IMG/VR virus record: IMGVR_UViG_3300044691_000338
Coordinates: 7,853-71,852 of that record
Source: a virus
Strand: one strand, 5' to 3'
DNA: 64,000 bases
The notes below the pieces were generated by a model. That model was given only the letters and a program-made list of their open reading frames with translations, was not told the origin of the DNA and searched no databases. Positions 24,142-33,832 of the stretch are shown here, piece after piece. Both the position numbers and the translations under genes were made by a program. Positions within the stretch are counted from its first letter, which is position 1. Each line of letters starts with the position of its first letter.

Positions 24142-26543
24142 GGATGCCGCACCGGCTTGCCGTCAGCACCCAATGACCATTTCTGACCATTGCCGAAACG
24201 CGTGATCCTGTTCGGCCTGAGATGCTGCAACGCTTCCGGCGGTGGCCCGGCTTCGGCAGGTGGAGCGGTTTGACCTGCACCACCCGCGGGGTTTGCATTT
24301 TGCCTCTCGGATTGAGGCTGTTGCGCACCCTGATCGTTCGCCGCCTCCGGATGCTCCATCGCCTGGATCAATGTGGTCACACCAGTTCCAAGTTCGTTCA
24401 GTTGCGCGCCAATGTGGGCGTTGAAGTTGCTTGTAGCCCGCTCCTGAACCGCTGCCATCTTGGTTTCGACGTCTGCCACGACCTTCAAGAGACGCGCCTC
24501 AAACTCTTTGTTGATCTTGTCCATTTCGATCTGTCTGTCGGCACCCTTATCCGCGACTGCGGCCATGGCCTGTCGGAGTTGTTCCGTCAGTTGCTTAATC
24601 GACTGTTCCTGTTGAGACATGATCGCCTGCACCTGCGGCGGCACGTCTTTCATGTCAGGCGCCAATAGATGCGGCGGTATGGTTTTTGCCAAGCGGGCGG
24701 CGATCTGCTCTGCGCCATCCCAGTCCTGCCTGGCGGCGAACAAATCGACTACAAGGGCCGCCGTCTGAGGCAAAGCTTTCATGAAGGCCATCATATTCTC
24801 AGACGCTTCGATGCGCTTGGTGGCGTAGCTCGGCCCGATCGTCACGGTCACGCCGTACTTGCCGAACGTCGGGTTGAACAGCTTCATCGTCTTGCCGTTC
24901 GCCCGCTTTTCCTCGCCCATCGGCTTGTTCAGGTTCGGGTCGACCTTGACCTGCTCCTCCTTGTCGTCGTCGCGAAGGATCGTGAGGACACGCTTGTCGT
25001 TGTAGATTTTGGGGATCAGTTCCACCAGGATCTCGCCGGCGCGACGTAGTGACCGCGCGAGGTTGTCGACGTAGTGGAACGCTCCCAGATCGCCCGACCG
25101 GCGCAGCTCGCGGATCGCCTTGCCACTCTCATCGATCATCCGCTCGTTCATCGTGGCGTCGAACCGGATGCCGGTCACCGCCTGCATGTCCTGCGCCGCG
25201 TTGATCCCCGCCTGCACCACGCCGGCCGGCACCCCAGCCATCTGCTGGCGCTGCGGTGGCGGGATCATCGTCCCGGCGATCGACGTGCCCTTGTAAGAGA
25301 GATACGGCTGGTTTTTGACGTTGGCCGCTTTCCACTCATCTTCATGCCCCTCAAATTGCCCCTCCTCCCCAATCCATGGCGCTTTCGGCTGTAAGGCGAC
25401 CAGCTCCGCCTCCGCCGTTCTCCAGTAATTCAACATCCTCTGCGGGTCTTTGGCGTGGCGCACGATGCCAGAGTATGTGACCTTGCCCTCGATGTCCTCT
25501 TCGTCGCCGATCACCTTCACGAGCGGGATAGAAGACCCCTGCCACTCGCGCTCCATCAGCACGTCAACCGCGGTGATCTTGTACCACATGACCTTCGGGC
25601 ACCGGCTCTCGCGCTCATCGGTGATGTGGATCGTCTTGCGCTTGATCTTGGCCTTCACGAGGTCATCGAGTTCGTCCTTCCACCCCACGAAACCGGTGTC
25701 GAGTTCCACCAGGGTCCGGGTCTCGTACTCGATCTCGAAATACTCGGCGACGCGCACTTCGTCCTTGGTGACCCAGTTTTTCATTTTCTCCCCAATGCCG
25801 CCGTCGGTGTATGGCATGGGCGCGGCGTCGGGGTATTTCTCGTCGAACTCTTCGCGCGGCACCATTTCGGTGACGAACGCCCATTTCATGTCAGCGCCGG
25901 TCGGATCCTGATGCGCCGGATCAGCGTAGACCGTGAATGGGTTGCGGATGCGCCGCACCACGGCTACCAGATTGAAGCTCTTGGGTTCCTCCCATTCGGT
26001 CAGGATCCGGAACCAGCCCCATCCTTGCGTCACTGCGTCATCGAAGGCCGTGTCGTAGGCGATGTCGGCGGCGCAATCTCTTTCGATGAATCTGATTAAT
26101 CCTCGAAACATTTTAGCGACCTCGGGATCGCCTCTGTCGCCAACGGGTGAAATGTTGATGCTCGGCCGGTTCTGCCTCTGATCGTTGGTGATCTGGTGAA
26201 TGAATGTCGGGATTTTGTTGACGGTCAGGCAAGGGCGCTTATCGAGGGCGCGCTGTGCCATGATTTCGGTCGGCCACTGGTTTCCGACCTTGAATTGCCG
26301 ATCGTCCAAAGCGGCTTTTCTGTTTTCACTCTCTGCGGAAATTGCCCTTTCCATTCTTTTGCGAGCACGCTCCAGGATTTTCTCCTTGCGCGCTTCATCG
26401 GTGTCAGGTTTTCCGCTGCGGAGCGTGATCGCGCCTTTGTCATCAGCTATACCGATCCTCGGTGCGACCTTGTTCATTCCGGAATCTGTGGGAGGCAGGC
26501 GGATTCGCCCGCTGTCGAGCGGTCTCAACGGGTCTTGCGCCAC
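24138..26543 (-). CDS. Portal protein, P22 gp1 family
   Basis: GNQWP...RPCLTVNKI...QITNDQRQNRP, KDPQRMLNYW, SGKAI, GKYGVTVTIGPSYATKR. Confidence 0.95.
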   Translation of the reverse strand: MAQDPLRPLDSGRIRLPPTDSGMNKVAPRIGIADDKGAITLRSGKPDTDEARKEKILERARKRMERAISAESENRKAALDDRQFKVGNQWPTEIMAQRALDKRPCLTVNKIPTFIHQITNDQRQNRPSINISPVGDRGDPEVAKMFRGLIRFIERDCAADIAYDTAFDDAVTQGWGWFRILTEWEEPKSFNLVAVVRRIRNPFTVYADPAHQDPTGADMKWAFVTEMVPREEFDEKYPDAAPMPYTDGGIGEKMKNWVTKDEVRVAEYFEIEYETRTLVELDTGFVGWKDELDDLVKAKIKRKTIHITDERESRCPKVMWYKITAVDVLMEREWQGSSIPLVKVIGDEEDIEGKVTYSGIVRHAKDPQRMLNYWRTAEAELVALQPKAPWIGEEGQFEGHEDEWKAANVKNQPYLSYKGTSIAGTMIPPPQRQQMAGVPAGVVQAGINAAQDMQAVTGIRFDATMNERMIDESGKAIRELRRSGDLGAFHYVDNLARSLRRAGEILVELIPKIYNDKRVLTILRDDDKEEQVKVDPNLNKPMGEEKRANGKTMKLFNPTFGKYGVTVTIGPSYATKRIEASENMMAFMKALPQTAALVVDLFAARQDWDGAEQIAARLAKTIPPHLLAPDMKDVPPQVQAIMSQQEQSIKQLTEQLRQAMAAVADKGADRQIEMDKINKEFEARLLKVVADVETKMAAVQERATSNFNAHIGAQLNELGTGVTTLIQAMEHPEAANDQGAQQPQSERQNANPAGGAGQTAPPAEAGPPPEALQHLRPNRITRFGNGQKWSLGADGKPVRHP

Positions 26544-26544
26544 C

Positions 26545-27048
26545 TTACTTCACCCGCGCGAATTCGCCGTGCGCTTCTTTGGCTGCTTGAGCATAGATTG
26601 CGGCTGCTTCTTCTTTCGTCCAAAATAGGCCCAAATAACGGTAGCCGGCATCCTCACTGATTCTAACGGTCCATTTCCCCAGTCGGAAATCAAAGGAAAC
26701 TCCCTTGAATCCTGATTTGTTGGATTTCGTTATTCCAACATTGCGTTGGTTTTGCACCCGAGTAGCGCGCCGAAGATTGGCAATCGCATCGTTGCTCGCG
26801 TCAACGTCCTTGTGATCTATTTCATGGTCCGGCCACACCCCATGAACCATGAGCCACGCGAGTTGAGATGCCAAAACAAGGCGCCCGTTGATATTAATCC
26901 GCTTGCGCCCAGAGCGCGTCCCCGCCTGCCTACCGGGCCTGTGTCCACGTCCAGAAACTGAACGCCAAGTGAAAATTCCCGTTTCAGGGTCATAGTTCAG
27001 TATGTCAGCAACCATCTCGCGCGTTAACCGCGCGACAATTTCTGTCAT
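26545..27048 (-). CDS. HNH-AP2 homing endonuclease
   Basis: LNYDPETGIFTW...EIDHKDVDASNDAIANLRRAT..QNQRN; NKSGFKGVS...YLGLF...AA..Y..AA...HGEFA. Confidence 0.9.
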   Translation of the reverse strand: MTEIVARLTREMVADILNYDPETGIFTWRSVSGRGHRPGRQAGTRSGRKRININGRLVLASQLAWLMVHGVWPDHEIDHKDVDASNDAIANLRRATRVQNQRNVGITKSNKSGFKGVSFDFRLGKWTVRISEDAGYRYLGLFWTKEEAAAIYAQAAKEAHGEFARVK

Positions 27049-27142
27049 CGGGGCACCCGTCTCATGACGGTGGAGGGGCCCGTGCATCCAGCGCCACGGT
27101 TCGCATGATGACCGTAGCATCATGGTCAAAGTCGGCGCAAAT

Positions 27143-27170
27143 GCGAAACGGGCCCGGTTTCCCGAGCCCG
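27143..27170 (-). terminator. Rho-independent terminator
   Basis: Minus strand CGGGCTCGG-GAAA-CCGGGCCCG followed by TTTCGCATTT. Confidence 0.65.
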
Positions 27171-27251
27171 CTGTCAGTCAAGTCCGAAGTGCTGGCGGCG
27201 GGCGCGGTTCACAACCTGTGATCCATGCCCACCGAAGCGAGGGCGATGTAC

Positions 27252-27614
27252 TCAGACGGGCACTGGCTGCGAAGTCTCGACCACCCCTGCGGTGTCGATG
27301 CCGATCTGGTCTGCTACGAAGGCGGGCGGCACCATGTCGAAGGTCTCGGCGTTGTCGGCGGTGTTACCGGCGGAGTCGGTGATCGCGATGCCAATGCCGG
27401 TGAGCATCGGGCTGGTAACATGAAGCCAATTCGTGCTGACGGTGGTCTGCCCAGCGGCATTCTTATCGATGACAGCCTGGAGATTGACCGGATCGGCGCT
27501 GACCACGGTGAACACATCGGTCGGATCGACCGGATCAAGTGCGCCAGTGGTGGGGTTCTTCAGCGTGAGAATGAAATGCGCGACGACATTGGTCTTCAAG
27601 GGATAAGCGGCCAT
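27252..27614 (-). CDS. Beta-rich (Ig-like) hypothetical protein
   Basis: GGAG RBS before MAAYPLKTNVV; frame is open further upstream to 27818. Confidence 0.55.
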   Translation of the reverse strand: MAAYPLKTNVVAHFILTLKNPTTGALDPVDPTDVFTVVSADPVNLQAVIDKNAAGQTTVSTNWLHVTSPMLTGIGIAITDSAGNTADNAETFDMVPPAFVADQIGIDTAGVVETSQPVPV

Positions 27615-27844
27615 GACGGGTTCTCCGGTTGTGAGGTTTGTGAGCGTGGGTTGCAGCAACACGTAATCGGGCGGGCCGGGATGTTCGTAGCGCAGGACCA
27701 GATCCAGCGCGACCGCGAACGGGACCTCCAGCGCAACCCCGTTGCCCCGGTATTCGACGAATACTTGCACTGTGTGGTGGGCCATGGGCGGGTGTGTAGG
27801 GCAGGGAATCGGGAGCACGCAAGTGACGGTTTAGGTCACGGAGC

Positions 27845-28357
27845 CTAATAGGCGGCGATCGCGGCGACGGCGAGCTTCCGCCAAGATCCTCGGTGGTTGC
27901 GCCCCAAAGCTAGCCAAACCCGAGGAACGTCCTTTGACGCCAAATAGATCGCCTCGGCTACACGTTCGACGCGTGCCTCATCGGTCGGGGGAACGGGAAC
28001 GCGCCGGTCAGGCACTTCGATACCAAAACCGGTGAACCCCACGTTGGCGGCTTCCAGAGCGCGGCGCAGCGCCACGTTGTTGGCCCGCGTGATGGAGCGC
28101 GAGGTGTGGTGTTCAAAGGCGGTGATTGTTCGCTCACTTACTCCGCTCGCCGCGGCAAGTTGCTTGCGCGACATCCGCGCCGCCGCGCGACCCATCCTGC
28201 ACTGGTGCGGCCAAATGTCAGCGCCACTGGGCATAGGGATGCCCAACTTCTCCGCCGCCTTGGCGAGCGCTCTCACCTGATCGGAAGGGCGCATTGGGCC
28301 GAGGATTGGGTCAGTCACGCATCCATGCTCCATCGTGAAGCGGGACGATCCGGACAC
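27845..28357 (-). CDS. XRE-family HTH protein
   Basis: QCRMGRAAARMSRKQLAAASGVSERTITAFE...ALRRALEAANVGF. Confidence 0.75.
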   Translation of the reverse strand: MSGSSRFTMEHGCVTDPILGPMRPSDQVRALAKAAEKLGIPMPSGADIWPHQCRMGRAAARMSRKQLAAASGVSERTITAFEHHTSRSITRANNVALRRALEAANVGFTGFGIEVPDRRVPVPPTDEARVERVAEAIYLASKDVPRVWLALGRNHRGSWRKLAVAAIAAY

Positions 28358-28586
28358 GATAGTCGGACTGTCGGTCGGTCTGCCACCGCTCTGGCGGTAG
28401 CACCTGCCCGGTTTCGATCACCCATCGCAGCCGCTCGGTCTGGGTATTTCCCGGCGCCTCATTCATGATCACGCTGAGTGGCGAAAGCATGGTGACGGCG
28501 AGTATTTCGCCCTTGCCGTTGATGATCGCCCATCCACCGGTCTGCATATGCGATCTGGTATCCAACAGTTCCGTGGGGTCAGCCAT
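28311..28586 (-). CDS. Hypothetical protein
   Basis: Overlapping small-gene array. Confidence 0.5.
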   Translation of the reverse strand: MADPTELLDTRSHMQTGGWAIINGKGEILAVTMLSPLSVIMNEAPGNTQTERLRWVIETGQVLPPERWQTDRQSDYRVRIVPLHDGAWMRD

Positions 28587-28932
28587 CGACCCGATACCCA
28601 TCACCCGCGTCCGGCGGCTCGCCCATGGCCTGCTTCAGCCTCGCAGTGTTCAGCGCCTCAACGTAGTGCGCGAAGTTGTCGCGATCGGTCAGAGGCATCT
28701 CGATGTGCAGTTCGCTCGGCGGGTGGAACAGCACGATGCACGGGTCCTGATCGGGCACATGGAACAGCCGCGCCTCGATATCGTCCGGCAGGTCGGGCAG
28801 CGCGTCCCGCTCGATCTTCGGCATGGACCGGATGATGATCTTCACTGTCTCCGCGGCAAGCGGGTGGCCGGCCGCGTCCAGCAGCGGGGACTTGAGCCCG
28901 GCCGTTCCCATGAGGGCTCGCTTGTCGGTCAT
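28579..28932 (-). CDS. Hypothetical protein
   Basis: ATGA-coupled; 117 aa. Confidence 0.55.
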   Translation of the reverse strand: MTDKRALMGTAGLKSPLLDAAGHPLAAETVKIIIRSMPKIERDALPDLPDDIEARLFHVPDQDPCIVLFHPPSELHIEMPLTDRDNFAHYVEALNTARLKQAMGEPPDAGDGYRVDG

Positions 28933-29111
28933 TTCGTGGCGGCCTTCTGAATGCGGTCGGTCAGCAACTTCCGCTGTTCCAGGTTGTGCTCTCGATATGG
29001 GTTTTTCGGGCAATCGAATGTGTGGACGATATACGAAACGTCGCAGAACTCTGGCCCCGTGATCGAGGCGCCACAGCCGTCGCAGCGAAATGTCTTGCGA
29101 ACGTCGGTCAC
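28929..29111 (-). CDS. Small putative Zn-binding protein
   Basis: CDGC...H..DC. Confidence 0.5.
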   Translation of the reverse strand: MTDVRKTFRCDGCGASITGPEFCDVSYIVHTFDCPKNPYREHNLEQRKLLTDRIQKAATK

Positions 29112-29851
29112 AACGGCCCCATGCGCCGCGGATCGTGCCCAAAGTCACGGAACGGATTTCTCGCTGGCTCAGGCTTGGCGTCAGGGTCCTCGAACGCCAC
29201 CGGTGTCGATGCCAGGACAGACTTCAACTCGCCTATGCGAGCGTCCTTCATGGCCAGCGCCTGGCGGAGCAGGGCGATCTCGGTGGCAGCGTCACCCAAG
29301 GCATGCGCCTGCCGCTCGATCATGGTGTTCAGTTCGCCATTCCGCTCAGTCGTCTCGCAATACAGTTTACCCAACGCTTGGTTTTCACCGCGAGCCTTCT
29401 CGCGGTCCTGCTGTGTCCAGCGAAGCGCTTGTGCGGTTTCCAGGTGCGCGGCGTGTTCCGCCTGATATGAGACTGGCGAAACCGGCTCAAGCGACCGCAT
29501 GGCGCGGTAGATGACCTCATTCTCGGTGATGGCAGACGAGAAGACACCAAGACCGTGCAATTCCCGCGCCTCACCACCAGCTACCTTCATTTCGTCCGTC
29601 ACCGGGATTTCAGCGGCGGGCGGCGGCCACGGTCTGCCGCTCACTGTCACCCGATATGACGCCGACGCTCCAGGTTCGGTGAGCGTACCGACGTCGCCTG
29701 GTGGATATGGGTTGTGGTCCAGGTCCGCAGGCGGCGAATGATGTCGGCTGATCCGATCCGTATCGGTGTAGACCAGAGGCATCGCGAACGGCGCCATTCT
29801 CTCTCCTGGATTGTTCAGCATGGCGGCGATCTGCTCGTCCCATTCGTCCAC
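29108..29851 (-). CDS. Hypothetical protein with coiled coil
   Basis: GGAGG RBS; 247 aa. Confidence 0.65.
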   Translation of the reverse strand: MDEWDEQIAAMLNNPGERMAPFAMPLVYTDTDRISRHHSPPADLDHNPYPPGDVGTLTEPGASASYRVTVSGRPWPPPAAEIPVTDEMKVAGGEARELHGLGVFSSAITENEVIYRAMRSLEPVSPVSYQAEHAAHLETAQALRWTQQDREKARGENQALGKLYCETTERNGELNTMIERQAHALGDAATEIALLRQALAMKDARIGELKSVLASTPVAFEDPDAKPEPARNPFRDFGHDPRRMGPL

Positions 29852-29865
29852 GTCAGCCTCCTTTG

Positions 29866-30171
29866 TCAGAACTGGTTCGGATCGAAGATCGGATCGGACA
29901 ACTCCGGTTCACTATACGGGACTTCGCCCATTTCGATAGGTGATTTTCCTTCCGCGATCCGTCTTCCGTCCCGTTTGATCGCCTGCTCCAGCAGATACAG
30001 CAGGTGCTCGCGCTGCGCCCGGCGAGACTTCCCCGGTGGCGTCAGGGGTTGGCCCACCCAGTATGATCCCGAGCCACTGTAGCCAATGATCTTGATCGAG
30101 TCGCGGTCGTTGATCGGGTCGTACCACTTGACCTCGTTCCAGCCGGTCATGTGGGGTTCGAGGTCGGGCAT
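29866..30171 (-). CDS. Hypothetical protein
   Basis: TGATG-coupled; 101 aa. Confidence 0.55.
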   Translation of the reverse strand: MPDLEPHMTGWNEVKWYDPINDRDSIKIIGYSGSGSYWVGQPLTPPGKSRRAQREHLLYLLEQAIKRDGRRIAEGKSPIEMGEVPYSEPELSDPIFDPNQF

Positions 30172-30629
30172 CAGGCAAGGGTCACGCTTTCGGAATGCAC
30201 CTCACCGCCGAAACCGGCGAGCATCTTGCCGACCAGGCGCACGGCTTCGACCGCCGACAATCCGCACGCCATGCCGGCTTCCGCCACCAATCCGGCCGCA
30301 TAACCGCCGATGGTCGTGGGGTTCGGCTGCGGATAGAACCCATCCACCCCGATGCCGTTGCGCCACACGGTGCCGTCGGGTCGCAGCATGAGGATGTCCA
30401 CCTCATTGTTTTCCGCGCGTGTGCCGTAGAACGTTGGGCGCGTCTCAGGCCCTCCCGCGAGAAACCATTGCTGCGCCGCGTAGCAATCGACCACGGAACC
30501 AGAAGTGCCAATGATCCGGCCATCCGGCAACCGGACAATCTTCGGAAACGCGACCGGACCGATCAGGTCCCCGCTTCGAACGATACCATCGGCTGCCATG
30601 GTGGCATCCTTCACCGCGATTATCGTCAT
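30171..30629 (-). CDS. Ntn-hydrolase/HslV-proteasome-beta-like small phage protein
   Basis: MTIIAVKDATMAADG N-terminal Thr; KI; IG.G...A.AGM..GLSAVEAV...GGEV. Confidence 0.65.
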   Translation of the reverse strand: MTIIAVKDATMAADGIVRSGDLIGPVAFPKIVRLPDGRIIGTSGSVVDCYAAQQWFLAGGPETRPTFYGTRAENNEVDILMLRPDGTVWRNGIGVDGFYPQPNPTTIGGYAAGLVAEAGMACGLSAVEAVRLVGKMLAGFGGEVHSESVTLA

Positions 30630-30928
30630 GCTTCGGACGCCGGCCGCGCGTCCACCATCAGGTCATTGGGCATCCCGGCGCGCGAGCGGATGCCTTTGAC
30701 CTCTTCGATCAGGATTGCCCGGTCCTCGTGAAAGCGCGCCAGGATGCGGGCGTAGGCCGTGCGAACCAACTCCAACTCATCAATGTCCAGTTGTGTTGCC
30801 GCGCGCCGCTCCAGTGTCGTCGCATCCCAAACCATCAACGCCATATTCGATCGATCCCTTGGCCAGCCGCACCAGCGGCATTTCCCGCGTTCGTATATGC
30901 ACCATGACAGACACGGCTCAGGACGCAT
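30626..30928 (-). CDS. Hypothetical protein
   Basis: Coupled small ORF. Confidence 0.5.
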   Translation of the reverse strand: MRPEPCLSWCIYERGKCRWCGWPRDRSNMALMVWDATTLERRAATQLDIDELELVRTAYARILARFHEDRAILIEEVKGIRSRAGMPNDLMVDARPASEA

Positions 30929-31081
30929 CTACATCTTCTGCCGCTGGCTCGGCTTCCCGTATGTCGTCTTGGCCACGACCTGGGGGATCGATGCCTTGTC
31001 GACCTTCTTGTTCACGCCGCTGGCCTTGATCCGGCCCTGCGGCTTCTCCTTCGTGCCGTGGCCCTTACCCTTGGTCTTCAT
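30929..31081 (-). CDS. Small Lys-rich protein (50 aa)
   Basis: AAGGAG RBS; MKTKGKGHGTKEKPQGRIK... Confidence 0.6.
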   Translation of the reverse strand: MKTKGKGHGTKEKPQGRIKASGVNKKVDKASIPQVVAKTTYGKPSQRQKM

Positions 31082-31271
31082 GGTGATGCTCCTTGGTGAA
31101 CGGTATGGCGCGCAACTCATCAGCCAACTGGTGCGCTGCGCCCTCCGAGATTTTGTAGACGAACCGGTGCCCGCTATCGTCGATGAGGACCAGCGCCGCA
31201 TACGATCCGTCAGGATGGCGTTCTCCGATCCCATCGACAGGGCCATATGCGCTTACCTGCTTGAGGCTCAT
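31065..31271 (-). CDS. Hypothetical protein
   Basis: AAGGAG RBS, ATGA coupling. Confidence 0.55.
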   Translation of the reverse strand: MSLKQVSAYGPVDGIGERHPDGSYAALVLIDDSGHRFVYKISEGAAHQLADELRAIPFTKEHHHEDQG

Positions 31272-31537
31272 GGCGCTGGTTCTCCTTTGTTGGTCGGCTT
31301 CGTGAGGTAGTGGCCCCGGTCGACGTAGCCTTCCGACCCGGCCAAGGAGGTCGCGGCGGCCCTGATTTGCTCGTAACCCCACGGGCCCGGCGCGGCGACG
31401 TGCGAACTATCGCAGTAGACGCACCACCATTCGACGCCAGTATCCCGATGCACGCCCTTCAGCCCGGCCATGCCGCCTATGGTTGCGCGCTCGTAGCGGT
31501 ATTCCGGGTTCGCGGCGATGATCTCGTCAGCCGTCAT
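31268..31537 (-). CDS. Hypothetical protein
   Basis: ATGA coupling. Confidence 0.55.
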   Translation of the reverse strand: MTADEIIAANPEYRYERATIGGMAGLKGVHRDTGVEWWCVYCDSSHVAAPGPWGYEQIRAAATSLAGSEGYVDRGHYLTKPTNKGEPAP

Positions 31538-31734
31538 GCTGATGCCGCCCGCGTCGCTGCGGTGAACGGGTCAGGATCAATCTGCTCGACTTCAGCCCAA
31601 TGGCCAGGTGCGATCGCTCGAACGAGAGTGTCGTCTTCATTGTGGAACGTCAGTTCGCCGCGCGTGCTGATGTCCCAATAGCATGCGTCGCACTCCATGC
31701 TGGTGGCGTTCGGTCGCGTGACGCGCAACTTCAT
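31534..31734 (-). CDS. Hypothetical protein
   Basis: GGAGG RBS, ATGA coupling. Confidence 0.55.
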   Translation of the reverse strand: MKLRVTRPNATSMECDACYWDISTRGELTFHNEDDTLVRAIAPGHWAEVEQIDPDPFTAATRAASA

Positions 31735-31898
31735 CTGCGTCCTCCCATCGACCCGTCCCCGGACTGTGCCGACAGCTTGGGCTTGCCCTTGCTGGTGAAA
31801 TTTCTGTCGTAGGCCTGGTCCTTCGGGGTGACGTCGTGCGGCGGGCCCTTCTTCTTCGGCTTCGCGGTCTTGGCCAGCGTCAGCATCGAGTTCTTCAT
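31731..31898 (-). CDS. Small Lys-rich protein (55 aa)
   Basis: AAGGAG RBS; MKNSMLTLAKTAKPKKKGPP... Confidence 0.6.
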   Translation of the reverse strand: MKNSMLTLAKTAKPKKKGPPHDVTPKDQAYDRNFTSKGKPKLSAQSGDGSMGGRR

Positions 31899-32203
31899 CG
31901 CTTGCTCCTTTTCGGCACCGTGACCTTCGCCGTGCCTTTGTTGACCGAGGCCATCTTCTTCACCCCGTATTTCTGCGCCGATGCCTTGCGGATCACCTGC
32001 TCGCCCTTGTGCACCTTGACCGGACCGGTGGCCTTCACCTTCCCGCCCTTGCGCATGCCCTGCTCGTTGTCGTCCGGGTTCCGCGGCGCCGGCCCGCGCA
32101 CCACGTTCTTGTCCGCCGAGGCTGATGACGGATCGACACGGATGCCTGGATCCGCTCCTCCGGCGAAACCGCGCGACCGATAGCCAGGATTGGGCGATCT
32201 CAT
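31895..32203 (-). CDS. Small basic protein with KGG.V...G...HKGE.V motif
   Basis: GMRKGGKVKATGPVKVHKGEQVIRKASAQKYG. Confidence 0.65.
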   Translation of the reverse strand: MRSPNPGYRSRGFAGGADPGIRVDPSSASADKNVVRGPAPRNPDDNEQGMRKGGKVKATGPVKVHKGEQVIRKASAQKYGVKKMASVNKGTAKVTVPKRSKR

Positions 32204-32352
32204 TTCTTCTTCCTCGATGGGTGCTTCTTGAGCTGCGAGTTGGCCCCCATCGCCGCCTGCTTCGGTGTCGCGCCGCGATCAAGCATCGAGTCCTCGATAT
32301 GGCGGAACTGGCGCTTCTTCGCCGCAGTGTTGGCACGTTTCGGGTAAGGCAT
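32200..32352 (-). CDS. ChaB-like small basic protein (50 aa; not in ORF track)
   Basis: GAGGGAG RBS; MPYPKRANTAAKKRQFRHIEDSMLDRGATPKQAAMGANSQLKKHPSRKKK; ATGA coupling. Confidence 0.55.
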   Translation of the reverse strand: MPYPKRANTAAKKRQFRHIEDSMLDRGATPKQAAMGANSQLKKHPSRKKK

Positions 32353-32415
32353 CGCCAGAAACTCCCTCTTTCCGCCCATTCATACGGCAGGTGCACCGTT
32401 ATCGGTCAATCGCCT

Positions 32416-33165
32416 TCAATAAAACGCCCAGAACAGCCCGAGCATGCCGAGGGTAACCCCTAAGCAATTCACCAGCGGCCATGGAAACCTCGGCTTCTCA
32501 TAAGGCGCAGGAACAAGGATATATGGCGGCAGTTTGCCATACTCGCTCGGGGGCGGCGTGTCCGCGATCGCGAGCCGCGAAACGTGCGTGGGCACCTCCA
32601 CACCATGGATTTCGCACAAGTCAGCCAGCACCTCCCGCGTGACATCGCGCGTCGCGCCAGCGATCGAGACAATGCGAGCCTTCGAGGCCCGATATCCGTC
32701 CTTGTGCTCAACAACATGCCCCCAAAGGAGCACGCTACCCCACACGTAGCCGTAACCATGCTCGACGGCCTTTTGAAACGCCCGGCGCTTATCCTTGAAC
32801 GCCCAGATACCCGCGCCATCATGATCGCCTGGGACGCCCTCGGAGACCTCACCCGGCATCCAGGCATAATCAGCCGAGTATGACCACAGATGACCGTTCT
32901 TCACGCGCCAGATGCGCCAGCCGATCAGATCCTCGACCTTCATGCCAGCGGATGGCAGGGGTTCGAGCGGTTTTGTTGGAGTGCTGTTCTGCACGGCGGC
33001 GGCGAGGGCCGAGTAAACGGCAACGGTACCGAATGGCATGGCTTGCAAGTACCTCTGAGCCAGAGTGTTGCCGAGTTGGGTGTTTATTTGCTGGTAGTAA
33101 GCGCGGGCAGGGCACGCCAATCCTGACGTGAGGCAGTCCGCACGACCGCAATAATTGCATCCCAT
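32416..33165 (-). CDS. Conserved hypothetical phage protein with C-terminal TM helix
   Basis: GWRIWRV...GIWAFK...VWGSVLLWGHVVEH..GYRA motif; hydrophobic C-terminus. Confidence 0.65.
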   Translation of the reverse strand: MGCNYCGRADCLTSGLACPARAYYQQINTQLGNTLAQRYLQAMPFGTVAVYSALAAAVQNSTPTKPLEPLPSAGMKVEDLIGWRIWRVKNGHLWSYSADYAWMPGEVSEGVPGDHDGAGIWAFKDKRRAFQKAVEHGYGYVWGSVLLWGHVVEHKDGYRASKARIVSIAGATRDVTREVLADLCEIHGVEVPTHVSRLAIADTPPPSEYGKLPPYILVPAPYEKPRFPWPLVNCLGVTLGMLGLFWAFY

Positions 33166-33548
33166 CAGGCCGGTTCTTTCTCAGGAACGCGCTCGGGCTC
33201 ACGAACCGGCGCTGGTTCACGCGTCGGCTCGATCGGCTCAGACAGCGGCACAACTTCCCAGCGTTTCAGGGGCTCACCGATTTCCATGGTTATCCTCCTT
33301 TGTGGGCGCACCAGCGCGCCCCGAGATAGATCAGCACCATCGCCAGAGCGAGCGCCGCGGCTTTCAGCAGGCCGAGGACGTTGACTTTGTCCGGTAGCAT
33401 CAGCCGGGTCATGACAGCATCAGCCCGACACAGGACCCGGCACAACACGCCAGCAGCCAGTATCCCATGCGCTGCCGATTGTGGACCAGCGAACACAGCG
33501 AGGCGATGCCGAACACCACCTCGGCAGCAGCGAAGCACCAGATCATGT

Positions 33549-33830
33549 CTACTCCGTCCCCGCTCGAATGCGCTCTGCCCGGTCAGGCGAGTATTCGTAG
33601 AACCGTTTCCACCCCCGATCGGTCCACACAATGTCGGCCGCCAGGACGTCGGCCCAGAACTGACTGCCGGTGGCGTTCTCCCCCTCGATCAGCGCCGGCC
33701 CATCCTTTCGGTCCTGCTTCGGATCCTCTGGCGCACCGAATGAGGGTATGCCTTCCACCAGAGCGGCGACGTGCTGGCCGGCCTCATTGGTGCGGCCGAC
33801 GACGTGGTAACGCTTGCCTGCCTCGATCAT
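33549..33830 (-). CDS. Hypothetical protein
   Basis: GGAG RBS; 93 aa. Confidence 0.55.
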   Translation of the reverse strand: MIEAGKRYHVVGRTNEAGQHVAALVEGIPSFGAPEDPKQDRKDGPALIEGENATGSQFWADVLAADIVWTDRGWKRFYEYSPDRAERIRAGTE

Positions 33831-33832
33831 TG

